A program made the translations under genes and the position numbers. A stretch of DNA of 64,000 nucleotides from contig JAYWIR010000017.1 in the NCBI GenBank assembly GCA_036172245.1, positions 3,162,001 to 3,226,000 on the forward strand. Direction: 5' to 3'. How positions within the stretch are numbered: the stretch's first letter is position 1; each line of letters begins with the position of its first letter. Source of the DNA: Raillietiella orientalis (Eukaryota). The notes below the pieces were generated by a model, which had not been told where the DNA came from, ran no database searches, and was given only the letters and a program-made list of their open reading frames with translations. Shown one piece after another: positions 1 to 12,380 of this stretch.

Positions 1-2059
1 AATGAGAGCTGAATGGTTTGGATGAATGTTTATGCTTCGTTTATTTCTTTACATGGCTTCATGTAAAGGGCATCAGGTAATCTCTACGGGAACGGAGGTA
101 CATAATATGTGAAAACTTCTCATCAAAACCCCTGTGAGGAGATCTGTCAAAGGCGAATGTTCCCAGCTTCTAATTGGAGATCGCTCTTTCATTCCCAGTC
201 GATGCCCGGTATTGTGGGAACCTCGGATGACTCTCTCATCCTAGCAACTGTGAAAACGCATCGTAGCACGTGATCGACCGCGAGTGCGCATCTCGCGTTC
301 CTCCAGAAACGTTACGGAGAGCACGCGTCACCTGGTGCGCGTGACACAAACGCTAACTTGTCGTGAAACGCTAACTGTTTTCAGTTGCCTCAGTTGTGCT
401 CTTTCGCCGTCGCTCCGGATCGTTCCGACATTCTTTCACTGCGTTTTCCAGCTAGCGAATATCCGCGCTGGTACTCGCAGACGTTGTGGGACGAGATCTC
501 ATCCTCAGGAACGTTCCCTCTTGTTACCTACAAAGCATAGGAAAAAAATAAAAAATCGCATTTTAGTGTGGCCATCCTGGAAGTTTTGCAAATGAAGATT
601 TATTCAAGTGTTCCAGTACGTTCATTAGACCCATCTCCTGGGCCTAGCTGCAGAAGGAGCTGCTCATCGAGACAGATTACCATGACCGTGCACCATCTAC
701 GCTACAGCGTATGGTGTCGGAACACCAGCCTTACGAGCTTCCCGGTGCCCGTTCACGTGCAGTGACCTCGGTTCCTTCATCGTTTCGTCTGTAGGCGCTT
801 CTCTTTCGTCCAATTCTCGAAGGGGGACAGCGAGACGCCCGGCACAACGACTCGGGATCCTTCGCTATGCGCTCCACCTGGACGCAGCTTGGATTCGACG
901 CTGTCCGGGATCGGCTGAATGCGTGCCGCAACATCCAACCGCTTCTGCAGTGCCTCTTCACCTTGGTGCGCCGGGCTCGTCGCGCATCCTGGTGATGAGA
1001 CCAGAATTTCGCAGGCAAAGGGTTGGGGATGCGCTGCGGTGGTTCCACCACATCATCGCACGCACGATCCGCGCACCTTTCCCGGAGAGCTCCGAGCCCA
1101 TGGGCGACGAGCGCCACGGGACACGACCTCGTCAGGCGCGGATGTGAATGATGGAGTACCAGTGAATGGGAAGCGGAATGCTCCTTCCTCCTTCGCGAGG
1201 AATGAAAGATCCCCGAGCGCGGTTCCTCCTTCAAGCACATCTACCGATACAGGCTGCTCTCCGGGTGCAGTCGGGGAGTGGCCCTCCTGGTCTTTGGTTC
1301 CCATTAAGTGCGCTCGCTTAAGTCCCTCTTCGTCCACCGTCTTCTGAGCTGCGCAGAGCAGGTCGCCGCAGATGGCGCTGGTCCACGGTCATTGGCTCTT
1401 CAGTAAATCTTTCTCTTCCAGAACGAAGGAAACACTGAGAAGGAGGGATTTTCCTTCCCCTTTACGGTAGCGCTCCCCTCCGGGAAGCTGCGGCGCATGC
1501 GCAGCTCTCGTTAGTTACGAGCGTTGCCTCCGTTAGCGGGTGCCCAGCACAACGGTTGGCCGGCAATCCCTCGCCGCCTGCTCTCCTGGGACGGAGAGCG
1601 CCTCCCCCCAGAACCAGGGATGGGACCAAAGGTGGCAGAAAAAGGGAAGCGACCTCCGGAGAGAGTCCCAGCTTCGGAGTCGTCGCTGTCGTTGGGGATG
1701 TTAGATCCCAGCGCAGAGAGGGCAGGGAGAAAGCGGGAAGGAAAAAGGGAACAGGAAAGGGAAGGGAAGGGAGGCAAGGGAAACAGGAAGCGCCTCTCCC
1801 GAGGCATCGATCGTGTTTGGTGGGCTGCAACCTTAATTCCCTGCCCCGGCGATGGAAGGCTTATCCAGGATTAGGCTGCTCGTGTTTGCCATGATCAGTG
1901 GGTCGTGAAAACGCGTTGCCATGAAGGCGGTTGCTGGCTGCGGCGTTTACGCGCGCAGCGCACCAGGTAGGTGTTTTGCCAGCTGGCTCTAGAGAGCGGG
2001 CGGAAACCCTCCGCCGCCGCCGGGGGCTTCGTCGCTCCCGTCTCTCTCCGCTGACGAAG

Positions 2060-2390
2060 CGCCATCTTTCCCTCCCCTCTTTCCTTCCTCCTCCTCTTCT
2101 CTTCCTCTCATTTCTCCCTCTTCCTCTTCCCTTCGTTCGGTAAGTTAAGATGCTTCCTTCTTTCTTTTTCCTTTCCTTCCTCCTACCTTCTTGCTCCTCC
2201 TTCTACCTTCCTCTCACCTTTCCCCTCCTCTTCCCTTCCTCCCATCCTCCGGGATCCACATCGCATCGGGGGACGAAGAAGATGGGAGGAAAGGAGGAGG
2301 AGGAAAGACCCTTTCCTCTTCTTTCGGCAAGCCAAGATTCCCCTCTTTTCTTTTTTCCTTTCCCTCCTCCTCCTCACCCACACTTAGGGC
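2060..2390. repeat. Low-complexity CT-rich tract (a GA-rich counterpart lies at ~3540-3810)
   Basis: Directly visible (cct/ctt)n-like composition; ORFs across it are artefacts. Confidence 0.8.
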
Positions 2391-4179
2391 ATCTTTTGCC
2401 CATGCGACAGCGACAAGGGCAAGACGCGCGATGGGGCCGACCCTTCCTTCACCGACCCTTTCTTCCTCGCCTCCCGCCACAGATGGAATGGAGGGGGGTT
2501 GATGCTGCCCTTTCCGGTAGGAGCGAAACGAAGGCAAGGAGAAGGCACAGCAGCTGCCACGCATCTTTTGGCACCTCGAACCTTCCATTGTGCTTCCTGC
2601 CTTCGGTCCCGGCCTCCGAGAATCTTGGAGAGGTGCTCACTCGCTCCGCCTCAGCACGTTCTTCTCTGCCATCCCGGAAGCCAAGGACCCGGAAGTTTCC
2701 GAGGCTCCATCTGCTGCACCCGGGCAAGGCGATCGGAAGATCTCCCGCCTTCGCCACCCCCTCTTCCGGATCGAGTCGATGCTCCGCAGCTCCAGCTGTG
2801 TTTCGGCGGAGGAGGCTCTCCTGACGGAGTCTCCCGTCGTCAGGCGACGGGAGACCTGCTCTCATCCTGCTGCCCCCTCCGGCTCCTCGAGAGCACGCTG
2901 CAGGACACCTCGGGCCTTTCCAGGGGGAGCTAGGGGGATGCGCACTCTCAGGAACGACTGCCCATGCGTAGCGCATCTTCGGCGTCTCGGCAGCAACCTT
3001 CCTCCCTCTGGTCGCTCCTCCTACGCTAGTCGGCCCCACGGGGGACGTCGGCCCGCTCCGTCGCCTCTCCTGGGAAGGCACGCGGATCCTCCTGCCGTTC
3101 CCCTGGTGCGCGTGCCGAACTTCTCTCCCGGTCTGCGCGCCGCTCACTGGTTGGGCGGGTTCTCTGGCCACTCGGAGGGCAGTGGGTCCTTGTCTTCCTC
3201 CCGACGCACGACCTCTCTGCAGGGTGCCCTCTCAGACCCAGAAATCACCAACGTCCGCAGCGGCGGTTTCTTTCCTGTCGGCGCGACATTCACTTCCATT
3301 GCTCTCCCTTCGGGAGATCGAGCGGCTTCCCGGTCCATCCGCCGGGAGGAATGCCCTCTGTGCAGATGGTCCTTCTTGAGGTACGCGGGATCCTCCCATC
3401 CAATCCTCTCCGAGGAAGACCTCTGCCAGCAGGTGGGATGACTCCAGGATGCGCCGGACAGTTCCTGCCCTTCGCAGCCTCACAGACGGTCCACCCGCCC
3501 AGCAGAGGCTAAAGCGAACCTCCAGGGAGCCTTGTGCCGAAGGAAGCGAAGAGGAAAAGGGTGAAATGGGGAGAAAGGAGGACGAGAAAGACGGATGGAA
3601 GAGGAGGAGAAATAGGCTGAGAGGAAGGGACGAGGAGGAGGAGGAAGAAGTTGAGAGGAGAGGGAAGAGGAGGAAGTTGAGAAGAAGGGAAAAAGAAAGA
3701 AGGAGGCATCCTGGCTTGCCGAACGGAGGGAAGAGGAAGAGGACGAAATGAGAGGATAGGAGGACGAGGAAGGTAGGAGATAAGAGGAGGGAGGGGAAGG
3801 GAGGAAGGAGACCCTCTCGACACCGCGGTTAGTTGACCGCTTCCCGACCGTGACGGACGGCTGTTGTTCTGACCTTCGAGTGCTCGGGGCCAGCCTTCCG
3901 TACAGGGAGAGAAGGACTCCCGTTGGCGCTGCGACGACGTCCCCGGGCGCTCTGCTGGGTGGCGGCTATCTCCAGCGAAAGAGAAGTTGATGAGCTGCTG
4001 CGGCTGCCGCTGCCTCAGGGCGCGAGGTTGGGAAGAGTGGGTGAGAGAGGCTAGGAGGGTTTGGTCGTCCAGAGTTCGAGCCTCACCCCGCGGTGACAGC
4101 AAACTCTCTGGCCCCAGAGCAAACACGGACGACCCGGTACTCAACATCCTCTTGTTCCCAGGGTCTAACAACTAAAAAT

Positions 4180-5100
4180 TTTAGAGCTTTATTCTATTAA
4201 ATAGATGCCCCAGTGCATCACTCTTGTTCCCAGCTTCGGACTGCCAGCCGCCGTCCACCTCCTCCTTCTTCGGACTTCCGGCGGAGGGCGCCTGCGGCGG
4301 CGGACACGGAGTTAGGAACGCAACGCGTAGGCTTGGAGAGGGGAAGGGCAACTTACAAGCAAGGAACGGCGTCGTGAAGGAACGTCCCGCGCTTCCTGAG
4401 GGATGCAAGATCTCTTCGGGGTGTTCTCCGGCTAGTAGTCGCCTGGCAGCAGTAAATGCAGGATGTGCTCGTAGGGAGGCAAGCTTCTGCACAGATCAGG
4501 AAGGCTCTCCAGGCCGGCGGTCCTCCGGATCCGACAGCGACCAGATGGACTCGGCCCAGCTTCTTCCAGGTGACTGCAGGCGCGCTCGCCACGGAGGGCA
4601 AAGAGTGCAGAGTCCACCAGGAAGTCAGCGTTGAGGAGTAAGCGCGTCTTAGTGGAGCGTGCTCGGAGGTGAAAGGGAGTGTGCGGCGGCCACCACAGCG
4701 GTCGCCTCTCCACGGCGACAGCAACGCCGCCTCAAAGCGTTCCGCCGACTTGGAATGAGCTTCGGGGCCAGAGCAGAAATCCCCACGTGGGGGGCTGAGG
4801 CATAAGTCTCACAGCTATGGGGAACCTCTCGCATCCTCTTTGGACTCGGAGGAGGGGACTCCCACCAATGCTCCTGAGGTCTCTTTTCGTTCGGTCTCTC
4901 AGGAGAAAGATGTACGGAAACCTGCATGTCGCGTGAGGGTTGCCAAGGAGATGCCGGCCTCGGGCGGGGCAAGGAGAATTGGAGTGCAGCTGGTGCCTCT
5001 TGGAATCGCCGAACACAGAAGAGGTGTGGGCGGTAGTTTGCCCCCATCCTGCTTCCCTGGAGACGTCTGTCACCATTACCCGCTTTTCTTTTCGATCTCA
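4180..5100 (-). mobile_element. Decayed 3' part of an L1/Tx1-like non-LTR retrotransposon
   Basis: Minus-strand fragments 'DLCLSPPRG' (cf. post-RT LCLPxxxGG), 'PAVTWKKL' and 'LICAEAC..YEHILH' (zf-RVT/CCHC-like) need frameshifts to join; AATAAA on the minus strand at 4188-4193. Confidence 0.4.
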
Positions 5101-5242
5101 GGCGTCTGGGAACTTCGCAGTGGGGAAAGCTGGGACACGTCCCGCGTTCTACTCGTGGGGAGCGACTCATGCAGGGAACGTCTTGCGGTTCCTGAGGGAT
5201 CTGGGATCCTTGTCATCGCTCCTGGCTCAAAACTTCTTGGGG

Positions 5243-5388
5243 TTGCGCGCGAGACCTCGTTGCTGGCCGGCGCTCGCGACGTCCCAGGCATGTGTTAGTG
5301 GCGACTCCCCGGGAGTGCAAGGGGCGGCGAATCTAACACATGCCTGGGGCGCCGCGAGCGTGGGCCAGCAACGAGGTCTCGCGCGCAA
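5243..5388. repeat. 56-bp inverted repeat (arms 5243-5298 and 5333-5388, 34-nt loop)
   Basis: Arms are reverse complements with 4 mismatches. Confidence 0.9.
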
Positions 5389-6728
5389 TCAGAGAGTTGC
5401 CGCTACGCTCGCCAGCAGCCATCGGCGTTCGCAGGGAGCGACCCTTATCGAAAAGCACCGGGACGGAGGCGCGCGCTCATCACCTTCAGGGAGAGAAGGC
5501 GGCACCTCTCGTGCCCCGTCAGGGGAACGCGAGAAGAACGCATTACAAAGCAAGGCTTGCGGCCATCTTCGTTTGTCGAGACGAGAGAACATCCGTTCCT
5601 CACTGTCCCGCGTTGCTTGCTGTTCAATGAGGCTGCTGGCCGCCATTCCAGCAGCGAAAACGAGCACGCCACAAGCCGTGCATGTTGCACTCTCTTTGTT
5701 AGTCCCGCATCGCTGTCGATCATATCGATGAGAAGACTGTTATTGAATGCATTGTTGATTGTTATTGTTGATAATTGTTATCGATCGCACTGATCGTTTC
5801 CGCTGGTGGAGGAGAGTCTCAGGAAAGTCGGGAGACCATTCACGGAAAAAGACAGAGGCACGGAGAGGGCTGGCTGGCTGTTCAAGGTCTCCGAAGCGGC
5901 CACTGCGGGAGTCACTGCCACTGCGTTTTGATGGGGACCGTTGACTGCTCTTCATCGAGTCTGCTGCTCCCGCCTGAGCAGTCAAAAGAGCAGCCTGCAG
6001 GCAACGAAGGAAATTAGCTCCTCAGGGGGTCACCGGGTCGCTAGGTAGAGACCCACTCTGCCCTTGATGCTGAATCATTCCCTTCCCTTCCCTGATCCCT
6101 TATCTATTCCTTGTCGTTGATATGTGGATTCAGGGGCATCTTCCTGCGATGCATGCGCAGAGAAAACCCGCGAATTTTCCCCCTCAAGTCGGGGGCATCC
6201 TCACTAAGTCAGCCCTCACGCTCTACTGCTATCACCTGCAGATCCCATGGAAACCTCTCCTGAGGTTCTTGCGTACCATGTCACAAAAAACCAATGGAAA
6301 ACCGAGCCTGAAAAAATGCTGCCAGCGGCCTCACCGTGAAGAAATCCTTTACTCCTCTCATGGGTTTCTGAAGTCCAAATAATCCTCTGGGCAGTTTGTG
6401 GGATTGCATGCGATGGATGGGATCTCTGAAGCTACGGTCCACCATCTCCATATTTGGGTGGCTTTCCTGCATCTTCCTGCCGAACCAGCGTGGGGCTCAG
6501 AGCAATCCGTCGACCACGAGTGCCCCCAATGACCGAAATGGAAATCACCCATTCACTCACCCACATTCTGTTCTTCGAGGGAGGTTCCTCCCGCGGCATG
6601 TGGTCCCTCCCCCTCTCTCAGTGGATGGCACGGTCGCCACGACGCCCACTGTCCGTGAAAGCAGCTCGTGAAGAGGCGGCATCGTCTGCTCAAGAGCGCG
6701 ACTTTGCAGTAACCGGAGGTTACCCTCC

Positions 6729-7103
6729 CAACTAACTCAAGGAAGTGTCCAAGTCAGGGTTCATGCCTTAGTCTTAGGGACCCTTTGAGCATGGGATCAT
6801 ATTTATACGATGGAGTGCTTCGAGATCTTGGTATTCCCGGATCTATGCCAACAAAATGGAAGAATTCGTGGTTGCATACTGCATCAGTTACAGACGACAC
6901 CTGTATTGGACCAGCGGTCGGAAGACAGGTAGCAGGAATATGTCCTAGAAGGAGAGGGCTGGTGCCACTGTGGTTGACTGGCAAACTACGCTTCCTAAGA
7001 CACAACCAACCATTAGCGACATATTACGAGACCATAAAGGAAAAAGAAGACTGGAAGATGCCTGCTATACCTGCAACATCTTTCTCTTCATAAGAAAACA
7101 AGC
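6729..7103 (+). mobile_element. 3' end of a Utopia/NeSL-type (RLE-endonuclease) non-LTR retrotransposon, pseudogenised
   Basis: Frameshifted translation VRVHALVLGTL*AWD / DGVLRDLGIP / YANKMEEFVVAYCISYRRHLY resembles the NeSL/Utopia C-terminus (VGxLGxWD...L..LG...Y...M); a short 3' UTR follows, then U2 sequence starting at ~nt 40. Confidence 0.75.
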
Positions 7104-7222
7104 CTGCTCTTATCAGCTTAATGTCTGATACGCCACCTGTCCGGTGGTCAGTATATTAAGCTACTTTTGGGAAGTGGACGGGATGCCTGGAGCTTGCTCC
7201 TCTCCTGTCGCGGGTTGATCCA
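7104..7222 (+). ncRNA. U2: U2 snRNA fragment (~nt 40-160), truncated at both ends
   Basis: CTGCTCTTATCAGCTTAATGTCTGATACG...TATATTAA...degenerate Sm site...GGAGCTTGCTCC...TGTCGCGGGTTG matches U2; the first ~39 nt (including the branch-point pairing region) and most of stem-loop IV are missing. Confidence 0.92.
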
Positions 7223-8789
7223 GAAGACTGAAAAACGGATGCAAAGTGAGTCACTGAGGAATCGAGGTACTGCTGCACTTGGTGAACATCTGCACACCAA
7301 AAGCCAACGCACCGTGCAGACAAGAGCAGCCACGCAGGAGAACGAGGTTCCTGTGGGTTCGAAGAGTGACACGACAGCTTTTTTCCTCCTTGTTTCCACG
7401 AGGTACCCTAATTGGACCCTGATTTCCGCCTACGCGATTCCGGAAATAGGGCGCTGGAAAAGGCAAGTAAGAAGCAATTTTTCTTATCCTTAATCCACAC
7501 ACCACCACCAAGCGGCCACAAGCGTTCCTTTTTTTCCCTTCTTTTTCCTTTTAAAGATTCGCCGGAAAATTTTTATCCAGCGTATATGGGCACGAACAGG
7601 GGTGCCAGGTCATCAAAGAAACTTTCCCAATGTGTTTCGGCGTCATTCATCCTTCGGGATAGCACCCAGAGCAGAGTCATCGCATTGCAGAAAGGGAATC
7701 CTTGCCTTGCTGCCGTCTGGCGTGGTTTCGTTGGCCCCTCAGTGGGAATCTGCGTCCGAAGCGGGCACGAAAACTTTGCTGTGTTTACGCAAGGATGATT
7801 GACTGCTGGAGTCTCGAGCACAGCCAAGGCATGTCACCTGCTTGGCAGCCACCTACATTGGGGTGGCTGCGAAGTGGCCTCACCTACAGGAAGAAGTCAA
7901 GTCGGAGATCTCCCGGCACTTTTGCACCGCTACTGAGCAGGAAGAAGAGACTCGAACCAAGGACCCTTCCTTCCCTTTATTTATTTATTTATCGTCCCCT
8001 TCCTTTACGATTCCGAACTGCTCCGGCAAAGGACCAAAGGACCTGCGTGTCTGTGAACCTTCCTTTTGAAGTTATTTGTTGTTGTTGTTGTTGTTTCGGG
8101 AACAGTGTTCCCAACTTGTTTGTTTATTTTCATAAAATAAGCGATCCGGCGTCATCTGGTGATAATCTTTGAACTCCTGGAGATGCACAAAGCAGCTCTT
8201 CCCGCCGCGGCAACCAGACTAAAAAAGGAAGCTGCCTTCTTTTCCGCTTTCCATACGGAGCAGCATATGAACTTTGTCCCCAGCGCTTCGGCTGTGGGTG
8301 TTCAGTAGTGACCTGCGGCACCGAAGGCACAAAAGCATCCGTCGTTATCAGTAAACAGTTTTCACGTTGTGAGCTGTCGCTGGCATCAGGATGGACCGTG
8401 GATCGTTGTTGGCAGATCACACAGGACGGGCAGGCAAAAAGTGGCCGTTGAGCAGACGGTCTGCGGCGGAGAAAAAGGGTGGGTACCTCTGAGCCGGAGC
8501 GGTGACCCATATCGCTCTGAAAGAAGCGGTGGCTGCTGCATCTCCATAGAAAGAACCAGGAATGTTTCTGCTCAGGATGAGGTAGATTCCTCCGAGCTCT
8601 TCAAGAAACGCAATTTTCTAACCAAAAAAAAAAGTGTTCCGTATTCAAATGGCTCCCATGAAGACAAACGAAACAATGGCAGAATGAGTTCGCTCTTCAG
8701 CCTTAAGGAGGAACACCGGATGTTACTGAGGAAGCAACTGGCTTTTTTTGCGCATGCCTTTCGGTTCTCAACAGTGTCGAAGACTGTAT

Positions 8790-9170
8790 GCAGGCAACGA
8801 AAAGTCCCTTCGAGGTTCTCTTCAGAGGAGGAGCAAACAAGGAGACGTTCCCTTGCGGGTTCTCCCCGGAGGAAGAAATTCCTACTAGCGAATCCTTTAC
8901 AAGTTCCCTTCGTAGAAGAAAAAATGGAGCTGACCCCTCCGGGATCCCTCCGGAGAGAATAAGGAAATAAATTTTCTTCGGGGCTTCTTCTGGAGACAAC
9001 CAGGGTGGAAACTCTCGAAGGGAGGCAACCAGAGAGGGAGGGAGGATTCCCATACCAAGCGTAAAAGGAATGGACTGTTCCTCCGTGACCTTCCTGGATT
9101 CATGGAATGGTCCCTCCGGGTACCCCCTATGACTTGAAGAGCTGCACGCACCCGTCGGTAGCGTGGACAA
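8790..9170 (+). repeat. Dispersed repeat family A, partial copy
   Basis: Similar to 62770-63060 (+) and 57245-57600 (-), e.g. 'gttcccttgcgggt..ccggag.agaaattcc', 'ttcctggat', 'acttgaagag'. Confidence 0.8.
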
Positions 9171-10333
9171 AAATTCGTGGTTGAACACATCAGGAATCAA
9201 TGATGGGGAGGGAGGGGGGGGGGGACAAAAGCACGAAGCGCTATCTGCTTTTTTAGATTAGGAAGTGAGTCCTTTACGAATTAGCCTCACCCAGGGATAG
9301 AGCGGTCCATAAGATTGATTCAATCCGGAAAATGACTTATCGGTGATGGGAAAACGTGGTCATTGTAAGAATCGGAGGCTGCTCGGAGCATCTTTGGGTT
9401 CTTGCGAGACACTTGGGATCGCTGCATGCGTGCGCACGCAAGCGCCTGGGATGAACAGGTTCTTGACTGCAGCTGACTCTTGATCCAGTTCACTGCTACT
9501 GCCAATGCTGCGGTTCTTTAGGTTGTTTCCAAAAATGTAGAGTGAGAGGATTATCATTTCGTCATTATCATTATCAGGTTTCTATTCTGTTCCTGAAAAG
9601 GACAAACTCGTTTCAAATACTAGAGATGAAAAACGGTATGTTTGGACATTCAGGCTTCTAAGAGCTTGGTTTGGTACTGAGCTTCCTCAGAATTCCCCCT
9701 CTGGAAACTCCTTTGAACGCATCTTGATGCCATTTCCGGCTGCATATCGAAGTATGGTATTCTCAAAGAACACTGCGATGCCATGCCACCGACTTTCCCG
9801 CATACCAAAAACATCTGTGCATCGCGGAACTCCGATGAGAATGAGGATAACCTGATCGGCAGAAAGGTTGAGCATCTGTAGCTGGTTCCCATTCAAGAGT
9901 CGCTTTTGAAGTGATCTTAGAACTTTTTGGGAACATTCATCCATTTTGGAAACTATTTATAGCAATATCCACCTTCTTGGATGAACCCAAAAGGTTTTTC
10001 GATTCATTTCAACTTCGAATCTGCCAGTGTCCGAACTTTCTCTTGCGTTTCATCTCTTCCCCTCGACCGTAGATGATTTCCATTCCAAGTACGTTTCCTC
10101 TCCATGCATGGTGGATCGCTATCTTTTCCCTCTTGCTGGCTATCTCATGCACCCCACAGAATTTTTAAGCAAAAGATTTCCTCCCTTTATGGACCACGCA
10201 GCATGCACTTTTGTTGCGAGACTTCTTGCAAGTACGATCTTGCTGATACATGAAGAAACCGTGGTTAATAAGGTACATGAAAGTCCATGGACAACCATGT
10301 ACTCTTAGCTGAACTATGGAGTTGATTGGGTAA

Positions 10334-10354
10334 AGTTTTCAACTAGCAATAATC
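10334..10354 (+). promoter_or_regulatory. Possible snRNA proximal sequence element (PSEA-like)
   Basis: AGTTTTCAACTAGCAATAATC lies -64 to -44 from the U1-like start; its CAACTAG core resembles the insect PSEA, which sits at about this distance. Confidence 0.35.
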
Positions 10355-10397
10355 ACGGCTCAGTCGCCTTCCTCGCCTATGATACTGCCCGTGCGCA

Positions 10398-10484
10398 ATA
10401 CTTACCTGGCTTCGAGGCGATCTTGGTCACCATGGAGATCCCTCCAGAGTGAGGCTCGATCATTGCACAATGGAGTTGATTGAC
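10398..10484 (+). ncRNA. U1: U1 snRNA variant or pseudogene (5' half clear, 3' half degenerate or missing)
   Basis: 5' end ATACTTACCTGGC; stem-loop I GAGGCGATCTT-GGTCACCATG-GAGATCCCTC; then CAGAGTGAGGCT and the U1A-binding loop CATTGCAC. No canonical Sm site or stem-loop IV downstream. Confidence 0.88.
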
Positions 10485-11829
10485 GGATTCCTTAGCGTTC
10501 GGTGTACGAATTTGCATGACTTTTCCTCTAGGAATCATTCAGGATGGCACTTACATGTTTACTATCAACATTTTAAACATCCATCACTGCATCTGCTTGA
10601 CCTGATGTTCAGTGTGAAAGTGAGATTGCAACCGTCAAAACCTTTACACATATGAAGGCGAGAGTTTGATAAAAGGTAACGAAGTTGCGAGGATAAAAAA
10701 TTCGAGGATGAAGAAAGCGAAGATGAAATTTTTTTTTCGAAACTACAAGTTTCGCCTTCGCTCCCATCTGGGAGGATATCTGCCGTCGGAAACAAAATTC
10801 AAGGTTGTCTGACGTTGCTAAAAAGAATTCCTGCAGAAGAGGCTTCCCCTTTTTCTGCCAGCTCTCATCGCAACATAAGCCGAGCTGGTCAGCAAAACTG
10901 CCCAGGCTTCTCTTTCCAATTATCTCGTTTTTCCTGCAAGATGCTTTGCTCGAACCATCAACTATTCACATCTGCTTCTTTAAGATCCAGATTCACCCCA
11001 AACTGAGATTTCCTCAATGCCTCCTGTGCCAATGATCCGCTGCGCCGAGCACAGCTGAAGATCAAGGTGTACCTGCCCAAATCTGCAAAGCCAACCTACA
11101 CCTCGTCCGAAATGAATACGACCTTTGCAAATGCGTGTAAGGAAAGCATGCGCGTCTCCCTCACCTACGAGAACTCGCATTATGCCTGGATGGCTTTTTT
11201 TTTTTTTGCAAAGTTTAAAACCATCTAAAATATCAGTCCAAGCAACACTGAAGACGGAGAAAGCTCCTGTGCTGAAGAACAGGGAGTGGAAATAAGGACA
11301 GGGCGGTTTCATAGTGATTCCTGTACTCAGGTGTACCAAGAAGCAAAGATGGAAGACGAAGACTTCCGTCGGAAAGGAAGGGCAACACAGCACACGTTGG
11401 AATCTGCTGCTGGTTGCACACCTCAGTCTCCGAAAACGAAATCAGACGTGCTTTTCTGGTGCCAGTTTATGTTTACTCAGGAGGCGTGAACAAGGCTGCC
11501 TTTTTCAAATCTTCGATCTGCATTCACCAGCGATCAGCTTGCCTTACAAAAGTCTGAAAGTCATGGATAGATCGGGAGTTTCAAGAGGGAAAGTCCAGAA
11601 TTTGCAAGATGGTCCAGTGCTCAAGAGAGGGACGTTACCAGAAATTCTCCAGACTCGGAAAACCAGAAGACGGGTTGTCAATATCTGAATCCGGCATCCT
11701 AGGAGACCTGTCTTGATTGGAAACGCATGGCGTCGTGAACTTATGGTAGAAACGGGTCTGCTGAAGGTCTCAAGAAGTTGTGAAGGAGGGGAACAATGAA
11801 CTTCGATTTTATAAGGGGAAGACCGCGGC

Positions 11830-12380
11830 GGAGGCCATGTGATCACGCGCGTGGCACCACCAAGATCGAATACTCGGCAAGAATCGACGACGAGAGATGG
11901 GGGGTGCGTCGTGGGTTCCGAGTTCCTCCTGCAAGATGACTCTGGTTGGCCTGTAGGCTTCGGGTGCGGCACTGGTAGCGGTCAAACCGAATGTCCCTGA
12001 TGGGTGGCCAGGATTCAAAGTCGACCTCCAGGACCATCCAGGAATCAAGGAGGGGGATTCCCCTCCGTATGCGCACAGGAGGGGACCCTCCGTGTCGTAC
12101 CGTGGAGTGGGTGTGCTGCCACCTCTCTAGAGAGTGCAGAGAAGTGTGCTGCTCCTTTCGGGGAGCTCCGCCCCTCTGAGAAAATTCGGAAGCGTCCCTT
12201 GTGGGTTCCCTCTGGAGAAGAAAAATGGAACGGACTGCTTTGTGGTTCCCTGTGGAGACAACCACGCCTTCGGGAATCCCTCCCCGGACGCGAGAAGAAC
12301 GGACTCCGAGCACTTCCTGGATTCACAGGGCGGTGCGCTCCCGGGGTACCCCCTATCTCGAAGAATTACATTCACCTTCA
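11830..12380 (+). repeat. Dispersed repeat family A copy
   Basis: 'gagagatgggggtgcgtcgtgg...gatgactctggttggcctgtaggcttcgggt' matches 62498-62572; the 3' part matches 9060-9150. Confidence 0.75.

Noticed and set aside
4028..4095. tRNA-Met-like T-arm GAGTTCGAGCCTCAC
   Set aside because: The 5' half does not fold as a tRNA; at most a SINE head remnant.
284..5990. Many 100-280 aa ORFs in the GC-rich first 6 kb
   Set aside because: They overlap in all frames, are low-complexity and show no intact domain; expected from high GC.
10398..10408. ATACTTACCTG read as merely a minus-strand splice donor
   Set aside because: Stem-loop I and the CATTGCAC loop follow at U1 spacing, so U1 explains it better.
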